Source: Bacteroidota bacterium
Lineage (GTDB): Bacteria > Bacteroidota > Bacteroidia > Chitinophagales > BACL12
Direction of reading: 5' to 3'
DNA: 64,000 nt
Assembly: GCA_016715425.1 (NCBI GenBank)
Contig: JADKAC010000002.1
Location: forward strand, 377,351 to 441,350
The first letter of the stretch is position 1. Each line of letters begins with the position of its first letter. Below the pieces are notes generated by a model. The model saw only the letters and a list, made by a program, of their open reading frames with translations. It made no database searches and had not been told where the DNA came from. The position numbers were made by a program, and so were the translations under genes. Shown piece by piece: positions 28,611 through 37,278 of the stretch.

Positions 28611-29222
28611 TTAAACTTGATATTTAATAATAGGTAATATAAAATTGTATAATTGATCTACGCTTTCTTCAATACTTAATTTATCGGTGGGGATTTCCAT
28701 TGCAGGATTCTCAGGTGCTTCAAAGGGAGAAGTGATACCGGTAAAATCAGGAATTTCGCCACGTCTTGCTTTTGCATATAATCCTTTCACATCTCTTGCT
28801 TCACATACTTCTAACGGCGCATTGATATATATTTCTAAAAAATTCTCTTCGCCAATTATTTGCTTTGCCATGGTGCGAATTTCATTTGTAGGACTTACAA
28901 AACTGTTCATGGTAATGATACCGCAATTCAGAAATAATTTGCTGACTTCTGCAATCCGGCGGATATTTTCAATACGGTCTGCATCACTGAAACTTAAATT
29001 TTTATTTATTCCACTGCGAATATTATCGCCATCCAATAACATGGTGAGAAAACTATCAGTATGTAGTTTCTTTTCGAGCGCTTCTGCAATTGTGCTTTTT
29101 CCGGAGCCTGATAAACCCGTTAGCCATAGCACACGGGCATTCTGTTTCAGAAAGGCCTCTTTATCGGCCCGCTGCAATAAGCGGTGGAATATTGGGTGAA
29201 TGTTATCCTGCACTGTAGTCAT
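28611..29222 (-). CDS. cysC: adenylylsulfate (APS) kinase
   Basis: P-loop GLSGSGKSTIA and the LDGDNIR motif. Start set at ATG 29222 because a TAACTTTG box lies inside the longer ORF extension. Confidence 0.92.
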   Translation of the reverse strand: MTTVQDNIHPIFHRLLQRADKEAFLKQNARVLWLTGLSGSGKSTIAEALEKKLHTDSFLTMLLDGDNIRSGINKNLSFSDADRIENIRRIAEVSKLFLNCGIITMNSFVSPTNEIRTMAKQIIGEENFLEIYINAPLEVCEARDVKGLYAKARRGEIPDFTGITSPFEAPENPAMEIPTDKLSIEESVDQLYNFILPIIKYQV

Positions 29223-29251
29223 TTTCTGCAATCTCAGGCCAAACGGCGGCG

Positions 29252-29259
29252 CAAAGTTA
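29252..29259 (-). promoter_or_regulatory. candidate -7 box (TAACTTTG) for the cysCDN operon
   Basis: Exact TAnnTTTG on the minus strand, 29 nt upstream of the ATG at 29222. Confidence 0.45.
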
Positions 29260-29337
29260 GGCAATTACAATGGTTTTAAGGATGAATGATTTAGAAAAAT
29301 GGTTGTCTGATTGATGTGATTAATGTGCGGATGTGCA

Positions 29338-29528
29338 GATTAGCCGATTAGCTGATTAGCCGATTAGCCGATTAAGATGATTAGCAAATTAGTTGACTAG
29401 CCGATGAGGAAATTTGTAATTGGAAAAGGCGATGAGTTGATTTGATTAAAACTCGAAACCCGAAACTCGTAACTTTTTTGCCAACTGCCAATGGCAAACG
29501 GCCAATAGCCAGTAAGCCAATGGTCAAC
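29338..29528. repeat. word-stutter repeat block (GATTAGCC octamers; CGAAAC words; CCAATnGC words)
   Basis: GATTAGCC/GATTAGCT repeated head-to-tail from 29338 and degenerating by about 29407. AAACTCGAAACCCGAAACTCG at 29449-29470. GCCAACTGCCAATGGCAAACGGCCAATAGCCAGTAAGCCAATGG at 29480-29523. Abuts the GH92 stop. Confidence 0.85.
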
Positions 29529-29537
29529 GTTCCCCAA

Positions 29538-32426
29538 CTACTCCACAATTATTTCATCGCAAAATAACCAAGCCTTTCCACCTGCACCTAAATGAGTTGG
29601 TGGAAGTTCACCATAACTTTTTGCAAGCACTTTTATATAGCGGATTGCTGTTGTACCAAATTTTAAATTATAATCTTCAGTAAACGGAATTAAATTATTT
29701 GCATCCACTTTTTTAATAATCGGATTAAATTTTTTAAAGTGTATTCCATCTACAGAAATTTCTATAGTTACTTCGGTTGGTAATAAAATCCAACTTTTAC
29801 TGTCTTGTAAAAATCCAATACTTACTTTGCTCGCACTATAAACATCACCTAAATCTAAAAGCACTTCCATATCATTTCCCCACCAGCCTTGCCATACACC
29901 AGTTCTAAATTCTTCAGCGCCACGCAATCCATCAATTAATGCATTGGCACCACCTCCTGTATATTGCGGATCGTATTCCGTAATGTATTCTATTGTTTTA
30001 TGTTGATCCAACGATTTATATTTTGCTGTACTCACCGAACTGAAAGTACCAATTGAATTATAAGCAACTGCTTTTAATTCAACCGTATTATCAATTCTAA
30101 ATGGTGCATAATACGGTTGATCACCGGGTGTAGGATCTTTCTTTGTATCGTTGAATAAAATATTTGTTTCGGGTGATAAGGAATAGATTGAAACAATTTG
30201 TGTTCCGTTGAAAGAAGTATTTGTAGGTTCAAAAACCGGAGCCGGCACAAAATCTCTTTCCATAAATACATCTGCAAATTTTCCAAAGTTTTTATTTAGT
30301 GTAGCACTCATATCAAATTCAAGTGTACTTCCATTCATGATATCATTATGATCAATTTGCGGTTCAGTAATCGGCATTGCATTTAATGCAGCAGTGCGTA
30401 CATATTTATTTTCTATGCTATAATTTGTTGCAGTGATTTTAAAATCATTTCCATTTTCTAAATGCACTTTTACAGAATCAAAAACCGGCGAACCCAAAAT
30501 ATATTTTGTAGAACCCGGCGCAACAGGATAGAAACCCATTGCACTCAACACATACCATGCACTCATTTGTCCGCAATCTTCATTACCCGAAAGTCCATCC
30601 GGTGCATCGTGATATAATTCATCCATAATTTGCCGAACACGTTCTTCAGTTTTATAAGATGCGTCGGCATACGCATATAAATATGCTACATGATGACTGG
30701 GCTCATTACCATGTGCATACTGACCGATTAAACCTGTAATATCTGATTGTTCTCTACCCGTAGTTTCAGAATTAGTTGTAAATAAACTATCTAATTTTTC
30801 TTCTAAGAATTGTTTTGAAGTGAGATTATTTGTAAAATACATCACATCATGCGGGAAGAAAAAATTATACTGCCAAGCATTAGCTTCTGTATAATTAAAA
30901 TTCACTTCTCTTGGATCAAAAGGTTCTAAAAAACCACCATTAAATCTCGGACGAATAAATTCTCCATCGAATAAATTTAGATAATTCATACTGCGATAAA
31001 AGTATTTCCAGTAGTCACCATTTTTTCCGTGAATAATATTTCCCATTTGTGCAATACACCAATCATCATAAGCATATTCCAAAGTGCGACTTACAGATTC
31101 ACCTTCTTCATTGCTTTCGATAAATCCTTTGTCGTTATAATATTTCAAACCAAACAGATTTGTGTTTGCAGAATGTTGCATTGCAGTATAAGCAAGTTGC
31201 ATATCATAATCTCTGATTCCTTTAACAGCCGCATCGGCAATTACACTCACACTGTGATAACCGATCATACATTCTGTTTCATTGGCAGCTAATTCCCAAA
31301 CTGGTAATCTTCCACCTTGTTGATATTGAAATAAAAATGTTTGAATAAAATCATTGGTGCGTTTCTGATCAATAATTGTGAGCAAAGGATGTAGAGCTCG
31401 AAAAGTATCCCACAAAGAAAATACAGTGTAATAATTATGTCCCTCGATTGTATGTATCTGCATATCATGACCACGATATTTTCCATCTGCATCATTATAA
31501 ATATTAGGTGCTAACATGCAGTGATATAATGCAGAATAAAATACTTTTTTTCGATTGATATCCGCAGTGCTCACTTCTATTTTTGAGAGTTCAGTATTCC
31601 AAATAGTTTTTGAATCAGATTTCACTTTTTCAAAATCCCAATCAGGTATTTCTACATTCATATTATTCCATGCACCTTCTGTTGAAACAGCAGAGATTGC
31701 ACATTTCACTACTACTGCTTTTTTATTTGAAGTAGAAAAATGCATTGCATATTGCATACTATCCGATGATGCAACAACAGATTCAAAAGGCTGAGAAAAT
31801 TGAATTGCAAAATACACCCATTGATCGGCAGCCCAACCTGTTGATCTGCGCAATCCTTCAATTTTATCCGGTGCAATTATTTTAATGTAAGAACCTTCTA
31901 ATAATTGATCACGATGTGTGAGATCTAATATCACTTGAGCATCTTTTGATTTCGGAAATGTATAGCGATGCATTCCCACTCTTGCAGTTGTTGTAAGCTC
32001 AACAAATATATTTTCATCATCTAAAAGCACACTATAAAAACCGGGAGAAGCAAATTCATTTGCATGTGAAAATTCTGATGGATAACCTGCAATGCTTTTA
32101 TTGTTTTGCATTGCATTTAAAGGCTTATCAGAAATCATTGGCATCAACAAAATATCACAATAATCTGGAACTCCTGTACCACTTAAATGTGTATGAGAGA
32201 AACCATAAATAACCGAATCGCTGTAATGATATCCGCTGCAACCATCCCAACCTTCCAAACGAGTATCCGGACTTAACTGCACCATACCAAAAGGCAGTGT
32301 AGCGCCGGGATAAGTATGACCATGACCACCTGTGCCAATAAATGGATTTACATATTGTGTAACATCATTTTGTGCGCTGATATTTAACAGTGAAATGCAA
32401 AACAGAAAATTAAATAGTTGTCTCAT
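29538..32426 (-). CDS. GH92 family alpha-mannosidase-like glycoside hydrolase with C-terminal discoidin (F5/8 type C)-like domain
   Basis: Signal peptide. GH92 N-terminal signature GTGGHGHTYPGATLPFGMVQLSPDT and the later GNEPSHH block. About 150 aa of extra C-terminal beta-rich domain. Confidence 0.9.
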   Translation of the reverse strand: MRQLFNFLFCISLLNISAQNDVTQYVNPFIGTGGHGHTYPGATLPFGMVQLSPDTRLEGWDGCSGYHYSDSVIYGFSHTHLSGTGVPDYCDILLMPMISDKPLNAMQNNKSIAGYPSEFSHANEFASPGFYSVLLDDENIFVELTTTARVGMHRYTFPKSKDAQVILDLTHRDQLLEGSYIKIIAPDKIEGLRRSTGWAADQWVYFAIQFSQPFESVVASSDSMQYAMHFSTSNKKAVVVKCAISAVSTEGAWNNMNVEIPDWDFEKVKSDSKTIWNTELSKIEVSTADINRKKVFYSALYHCMLAPNIYNDADGKYRGHDMQIHTIEGHNYYTVFSLWDTFRALHPLLTIIDQKRTNDFIQTFLFQYQQGGRLPVWELAANETECMIGYHSVSVIADAAVKGIRDYDMQLAYTAMQHSANTNLFGLKYYNDKGFIESNEEGESVSRTLEYAYDDWCIAQMGNIIHGKNGDYWKYFYRSMNYLNLFDGEFIRPRFNGGFLEPFDPREVNFNYTEANAWQYNFFFPHDVMYFTNNLTSKQFLEEKLDSLFTTNSETTGREQSDITGLIGQYAHGNEPSHHVAYLYAYADASYKTEERVRQIMDELYHDAPDGLSGNEDCGQMSAWYVLSAMGFYPVAPGSTKYILGSPVFDSVKVHLENGNDFKITATNYSIENKYVRTAALNAMPITEPQIDHNDIMNGSTLEFDMSATLNKNFGKFADVFMERDFVPAPVFEPTNTSFNGTQIVSIYSLSPETNILFNDTKKDPTPGDQPYYAPFRIDNTVELKAVAYNSIGTFSSVSTAKYKSLDQHKTIEYITEYDPQYTGGGANALIDGLRGAEEFRTGVWQGWWGNDMEVLLDLGDVYSASKVSIGFLQDSKSWILLPTEVTIEISVDGIHFKKFNPIIKKVDANNLIPFTEDYNLKFGTTAIRYIKVLAKSYGELPPTHLGAGGKAWLFCDEIIVE

Positions 32427-32463
32427 GTATTTAAACTAATAGGCTTGTGAAGAATTTGCAATA

Positions 32464-33423
32464 TTACTTTTTTTTATTGCGTGGCATTTCTTTCCAGATT
32501 AATGAAGCGGCACCTAAAATAGCAGCTTCACTTTCTTTTAATCCGCTGGGAAGAATTTGAATTTTCCCTTCGTAAATACGCAAGAGATTTTCATTAAAAC
32601 TTTGAATGGTTGGTTCAAATAATAAATCTCCTGCTTGAGCAAGTCCGCCGAATAAAAATATTTTTTCCGGACGTGTGTAGCAAACACTATTTGCCAAAGC
32701 AAAACCTAAAATTTCGCCAGTCCTTTTAAATGAATCAATAGCTATTTCATCGCCCGCTTTTGCTTTTTTATAAATTGCCTCAGCATCAATCATGTTACCA
32801 AGACTCATACGAAAATCATCAATACTTTTTGTGCGAAGCAATTCATAATATGTTTTTACAATTCCTGTTGCAGAAGCGTATTGTTCCAGACATCCTTTGC
32901 GTCCACAACCACATTCACGACCATTGCGATGCACAATTATATGACCTAATTCCCCTGCAAGGCTATCGTATCCATACACTAATTTTCCATTCACGATAAT
33001 ACCACTACCCAAACCGGTTCCAAGTGTAATAAAAATATAATGCTTGCATCCTTTACCGGCACCGTATTGCATTTCGCCAAGGGCAGCAGCTTTTGCATCA
33101 TTGGTTAATGCAACAGGTAGATTAAATGTGTTTTGAAAATATTCTTTTAAAGGCACTAAATTTTTCCAGGGCAAGTTGGGTGCATTATCAATTGTACCTG
33201 TAAAATAATTTCCATTGGGAGTGCCGATACCAATTCCTCGCAGCGTTAAATCTTTTTCTTTCAATACAGCACCAATTCTTTTCTTTAAGTCTTCAGGTAA
33301 TTTTTCAGGTTTGGGATATGCTTTTGTTTTTACTTTATCAGTATATAGAATTTTTCCCCGCTTAGTAACTAAACCGAATTTAATTCCGGTACCGCCAATA
33401 TCAACTCCTAAAACAACATCCAT
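32464..33423 (-). CDS. ROK family sugar kinase (glucokinase-like)
   Basis: GVDIGGTGIKFG ATP-binding start and the zinc motif GHIIV..RECGCGRKGCLEQYAS. Confidence 0.9.
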   Translation of the reverse strand: MDVVLGVDIGGTGIKFGLVTKRGKILYTDKVKTKAYPKPEKLPEDLKKRIGAVLKEKDLTLRGIGIGTPNGNYFTGTIDNAPNLPWKNLVPLKEYFQNTFNLPVALTNDAKAAALGEMQYGAGKGCKHYIFITLGTGLGSGIIVNGKLVYGYDSLAGELGHIIVHRNGRECGCGRKGCLEQYASATGIVKTYYELLRTKSIDDFRMSLGNMIDAEAIYKKAKAGDEIAIDSFKRTGEILGFALANSVCYTRPEKIFLFGGLAQAGDLLFEPTIQSFNENLLRIYEGKIQILPSGLKESEAAILGAASLIWKEMPRNKKK

Positions 33424-33476
33424 AGTTATAAAAAATTTATTAAGTGTTACAAAGGAAATATATCCTGAATTAAAAA

Positions 33477-33920
33477 TTATTTCCCAATCAAACGCCTGTG
33501 ATAATTTATCTGACCGAGATGATAATTGAGATGTACCGCAATTATCATGAGTGCATAATGATTGCTGCGGTTCTCACCGAAAGTTTGTAATGGGAATATT
33601 GCATTATAAAAATCTGCATCTTGCTTCGAAATAAATTCCTCCATCATTGTTTTGGTTGTATTCAATTCCGAAATCATTTTTTCTCTTGAAATATTTTTAT
33701 CTGAAAACTCTGCATCCCTATTGCGCACATAGCCATTATTAGCCATCACAGCACCAATAAAATAATTGATACTTCCCGTAAGATGAAATGCAAGATTCCC
33801 TGCGGAGTTTTTTATTTCTCCTTCAATATTCCAAATATCAGTTTCGTTTTCATATTGTTGTAATTCCGTAATGATGGAATTAATACCATTACCTAAAATG
33901 GTTGTAAAATCAGAATTCAT
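33477..33920 (-). CDS. DinB-superfamily (DUF1572-like) protein
   Basis: 147-aa four-helix pattern with spaced His residues (HLTGS.., HLNYHLGQINYH). Confidence 0.7.
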   Translation of the reverse strand: MNSDFTTILGNGINSIITELQQYENETDIWNIEGEIKNSAGNLAFHLTGSINYFIGAVMANNGYVRNRDAEFSDKNISREKMISELNTTKTMMEEFISKQDADFYNAIFPLQTFGENRSNHYALMIIAVHLNYHLGQINYHRRLIGK

Positions 33921-33931
33921 ATTATTCGTTT

Positions 33932-34768
33932 TTATTTTTTTTCATATTCCATTTCCACACTAAAGCCTAAACCAATTGGTACCTTTTGCCAGGCATCCTG
34001 ACTTGTTTTTCTATAACAGGTAGATGCACCGAACATGCCTGCACAAAACATCAGTGAACTTGGCTTATCCGGTAGATCATCTAACCATTCCAGCGCAATT
34101 AAAAAATCACTTTCCACAGTAATATTATAGGGTTCAAGATCAACATACAAATAGCGTTGTTCATTTTTTACTTTCAGATAAATAGGCACTGCTTGCAAAA
34201 AATTTCCGGGCTTTCCATTTTGATAATCATATAAATTCATGCGAAATAAAATACTGTCGTACTTACACCATGCAATATTTATTTGCACGTTTTTTATAAA
34301 ATAGGTTGTGCCTTTTTTTACATTTATTATTGTACCTAATTCACCACCAAGATCATCGCTTTTCCAACCTGCGGCAAATGATTTATTATCAAATGTATTT
34401 CCTTTAATTACTGAAATCACTTTCACCGGTTTAATTATTACAGTCTGCAATTCGGTTAGAGATTCAGCCATTAAAATTTCAGCACTGGTTTCATTAAACT
34501 GAGTTTTATAATCCTTAACAAGATAGCTTACACTTTCAAGTCCAATCATCGAAAAACGCAGTGTGTCATTATCGTACTCTGCTTCAAGATTTAAATGAAA
34601 ACTGCCATCACCAAGAGAAACCGTGCCCACACCCTTATTGACAATACCAATATTTACGTAGGGAATAATTTCACCACTTTTAGAATTTACCACCTTGCCA
34701 CTGTATTGCTGTGCATTTAGCAATGAGGAATATATCAGCACTAGAAATAAAAAATATTTTTGCATCAT
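33932..34768 (-). CDS. carboxypeptidase-regulatory-like domain protein (secreted)
   Basis: Signal peptide, then GKVVNSKSGEIIPYVNIGIVNKGVGTVSLGDGSF, a CarboxypepD_reg-like start. Confidence 0.7.
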   Translation of the reverse strand: MMQKYFLFLVLIYSSLLNAQQYSGKVVNSKSGEIIPYVNIGIVNKGVGTVSLGDGSFHLNLEAEYDNDTLRFSMIGLESVSYLVKDYKTQFNETSAEILMAESLTELQTVIIKPVKVISVIKGNTFDNKSFAAGWKSDDLGGELGTIINVKKGTTYFIKNVQINIAWCKYDSILFRMNLYDYQNGKPGNFLQAVPIYLKVKNEQRYLYVDLEPYNITVESDFLIALEWLDDLPDKPSSLMFCAGMFGASTCYRKTSQDAWQKVPIGLGFSVEMEYEKK

Positions 34769-34843
34769 AATAAATCAAAAATACCCCAAGCATTTTGCAT
34801 TCTATTTTAAATATCTGAATTTTGCCTTCCAAAAATTTTATAA

Positions 34844-35593
34844 ATGGACTTTTCAATATTTGCCACTGCTGATGCGTGGATTGCTTTGCTGACACTTACA
34901 CTTCTTGAAATTGTGTTGGGAATTGACAATATCATTTTCATTTCCATACTTTCAGGAAAACTGCCTGAGCATCAGCAAAAAAAAGCAAGACGACTCGGCC
35001 TTTCGTTGGCTTTGATCACACGTATTTTATTGTTGATGTCGTTGAGTTGGATTGTGAGTATGCAGGAAACATTATTTACACTTTGGGGTAAAGGGTTTTC
35101 CGGAAGAGATTTGGTGCTACTTATAGGAGGCTTATTCTTGATTTACAAAGCAACAGTTGAAATCCATGATAAAATTGATGGCGATGAAGAACACGAAACA
35201 ACTTTAAAAGCAAAATCTTTTGCTTCAGTAATCCTACAGATATTAGTCTTAGATATTGTGTTCTCATTAGATTCTGTAATTACAGCTGTTGGAATGGCAA
35301 GTGATTTAATCATTATGGTGATGGCGGTTATTATTGCAATAGTTATTATGTTATTTGCCGCTGAGTCTGTCAGCAGTTTTGTAAACAAACGACCTACAGT
35401 AAAGATGTTAGCACTTTCTTTTTTAGTCATGATTGGAGCATCATTAATTGTAGAAGGTTGGGGAGGTCATATTGAAAAAGGATATCTCTATTTTGCAATG
35501 GGATTTTCTGTAATGGTAGAAGTGCTGAATCTGCGGGTGGCAAGCTTGAAACATCGTTTGAATGTTACTCAAAAAACTAAGCGGCATTCCTAA
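34844..35593 (+). CDS. TerC family integral membrane protein
   Basis: LLEIVLGIDNIIFISI and DIVFSLDSVITAVGM, the paired TerC DN/DS motifs. 7 TM segments. Confidence 0.88.
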   Translation: MDFSIFATADAWIALLTLTLLEIVLGIDNIIFISILSGKLPEHQQKKARRLGLSLALITRILLLMSLSWIVSMQETLFTLWGKGFSGRDLVLLIGGLFLIYKATVEIHDKIDGDEEHETTLKAKSFASVILQILVLDIVFSLDSVITAVGMASDLIIMVMAVIIAIVIMLFAAESVSSFVNKRPTVKMLALSFLVMIGASLIVEGWGGHIEKGYLYFAMGFSVMVEVLNLRVASLKHRLNVTQKTKRHS

Positions 35594-36824
35594 ACATCCA
35601 TTTTTGCCGGGATGCTAAGTGAGCAGGTAAGTATGCTGCAATTGCACCAATTATCAAAATGGTTATCGCTACCAGAATAAAATCAATAAGATGCATACTG
35701 ATAGGATAAGCAGTAACCACAAAACTATCAGAACCGGGAATGGTAATTACATTAAAATAAATTTGTATTGAGCAAAGAATAATTGCAATAGTAAATCCAA
35801 TCATAATACTCACAATTGTTTGTAATAATCCTTGAAAGAAAAAAATATTTCGGATACTTCTTTCCGTTGCGCCGAGAGATCGCAATACACCAATATCTTT
35901 TCGTTTATCAATTACCAGCATTGCAATAGAGCCTATCATATTGAAAGTAGCAATGATGATTATGAAAGTAAGAATCAGATAAACTACCCACCGTTCGTTG
36001 CGCATAATTTTATATAAAAATTCATTTTGCATAAAACGATCTTTCACATAAAATTCATCACCCACAATTTTCTGTATTTCTTTTATTGCTGATTTTGTAT
36101 TTGCATTTTTTTTGAGTTGAATTTCCATCGTACTTATTTCACCATTATTATATTCCAGTAAATCCTGAACAAAATCTAATGACGTAAATATATACTTGCT
36201 GTCGAACTCTTGTTGCAAACTAAAAATGCCCACCGGCTGCACACTTTTTTGTATAAAAGAATTGCGTGGATCTAAAGTTGAGTGAATTCCTCTGCGAGGT
36301 ACAAACACTTGTATTGAAGGATAACCTGTTCCGAGCGCCACATTTAAGGTAGATGCAATTCCGGCACCTAATACTGCGCATTGCACACGCAAATTATCGT
36401 AGTAATAATAAAATAAATAATCACCCACAAACACGCTGTCGTCCACTGCAGTAACTTTTGCAAAATTGCTGTCAACACCTTTTATGGTTGCAATATGCTC
36501 ATCCTTATTATAAGCAAGCAACACATTTTCCTGTAATGTTTTTGAAATATTTTCAATGGCATCTAAAGATTCAAGTTTATTGTATTGCAAATTGGTGAGT
36601 GTAAATACTTTTCCTTCTTTTGGAGAAACTGCCACTTCGGAATAAAATGAACTGTAAAGATTTACTACAAGGTCACCAAAACCATTGAAAGCAGAAAGCA
36701 CAATGATAAGAGCAGCAGAACCTATAACAATTCCCGACATGGTAATACCTGAAATGATATTAATAACATTAGTTGATTTTTTGGAAAAAATATACCGCCA
36801 GGCAACTTTTAAAGTAAAACGCAT
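35577..36824 (-). CDS. FtsX/LolE-like ABC transporter permease
   Basis: N-terminal TM, large periplasmic domain, and C-terminal FtsX module with the DKRKDIGVLRSLGA motif. Confidence 0.88.
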   Translation of the reverse strand: MRFTLKVAWRYIFSKKSTNVINIISGITMSGIVIGSAALIIVLSAFNGFGDLVVNLYSSFYSEVAVSPKEGKVFTLTNLQYNKLESLDAIENISKTLQENVLLAYNKDEHIATIKGVDSNFAKVTAVDDSVFVGDYLFYYYYDNLRVQCAVLGAGIASTLNVALGTGYPSIQVFVPRRGIHSTLDPRNSFIQKSVQPVGIFSLQQEFDSKYIFTSLDFVQDLLEYNNGEISTMEIQLKKNANTKSAIKEIQKIVGDEFYVKDRFMQNEFLYKIMRNERWVVYLILTFIIIIATFNMIGSIAMLVIDKRKDIGVLRSLGATERSIRNIFFFQGLLQTIVSIMIGFTIAIILCSIQIYFNVITIPGSDSFVVTAYPISMHLIDFILVAITILIIGAIAAYLPAHLASRQKWMFRNAA

Positions 36825-36845
36825 GAGGACGGTTTTATTAAATGG

Positions 36846-37190
36846 TTATTTAAGATCATTTAAAAGTTGCTCCAGCTTAAAGACATTGTCGAGAGTATCA
36901 TCTAAAATAAATTCTAATTCCGGAATTATTCGCAAATCCCCACGCATGATATTGCCAAAACGTTTGCGAATATCTTTGATATGTGCATTCAATCTATCTA
37001 CCGTTTGTTGCGGCGTTGCTACATTAAATACACTTACATAAATTCTGCACAGATGCATATCGGGTGTAATCCTTACATCTGTTACGGTTACAAATTGAGT
37101 CCCGTAATAATTAGATCCTTCCCGTTGCAGAAATTTACTCATTTCCTCCTTTATCAATACCTGCATTTTCTGTTGTCGCCTCGTTTCCAT
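36846..37190 (-). CDS. rbfA: ribosome-binding factor A
   Basis: 114 aa; RRQQKMQVLIKEEMSKFL ... VTVTDVRITPDMHLCRIYVSV pattern of RbfA. Confidence 0.9.
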   Translation of the reverse strand: METRRQQKMQVLIKEEMSKFLQREGSNYYGTQFVTVTDVRITPDMHLCRIYVSVFNVATPQQTVDRLNAHIKDIRKRFGNIMRGDLRIIPELEFILDDTLDNVFKLEQLLNDLK

Positions 37191-37278
37191 ACCCTTAAAA
37201 TTAAAAAATTAACTGTATCTGTTCCGAATGCAATACAACAGAGGTGAGTGCGTCTTTGTTTTGGTAAATTTACCGCCA

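Noticed and set aside
28687-29199. 170-aa ORF antisense to cysC
   Set aside because: It is fully contained in the opposite strand of a well-supported APS kinase gene, has low-complexity composition and no recognisable motifs. The same reasoning applies to other long antisense ORFs: 11193-11507, 20550-20906, 35143-35430, 39962-40315, 40755-41138, 45006-45452 and 53536-53952.
29223-29337. Regulatory RNA leader in front of cysCDN
   Set aside because: The candidate -7 box leaves only ~29 nt of leader with no conserved riboswitch-like structure. The 29264 ATG extension would place the promoter box inside the coding sequence.
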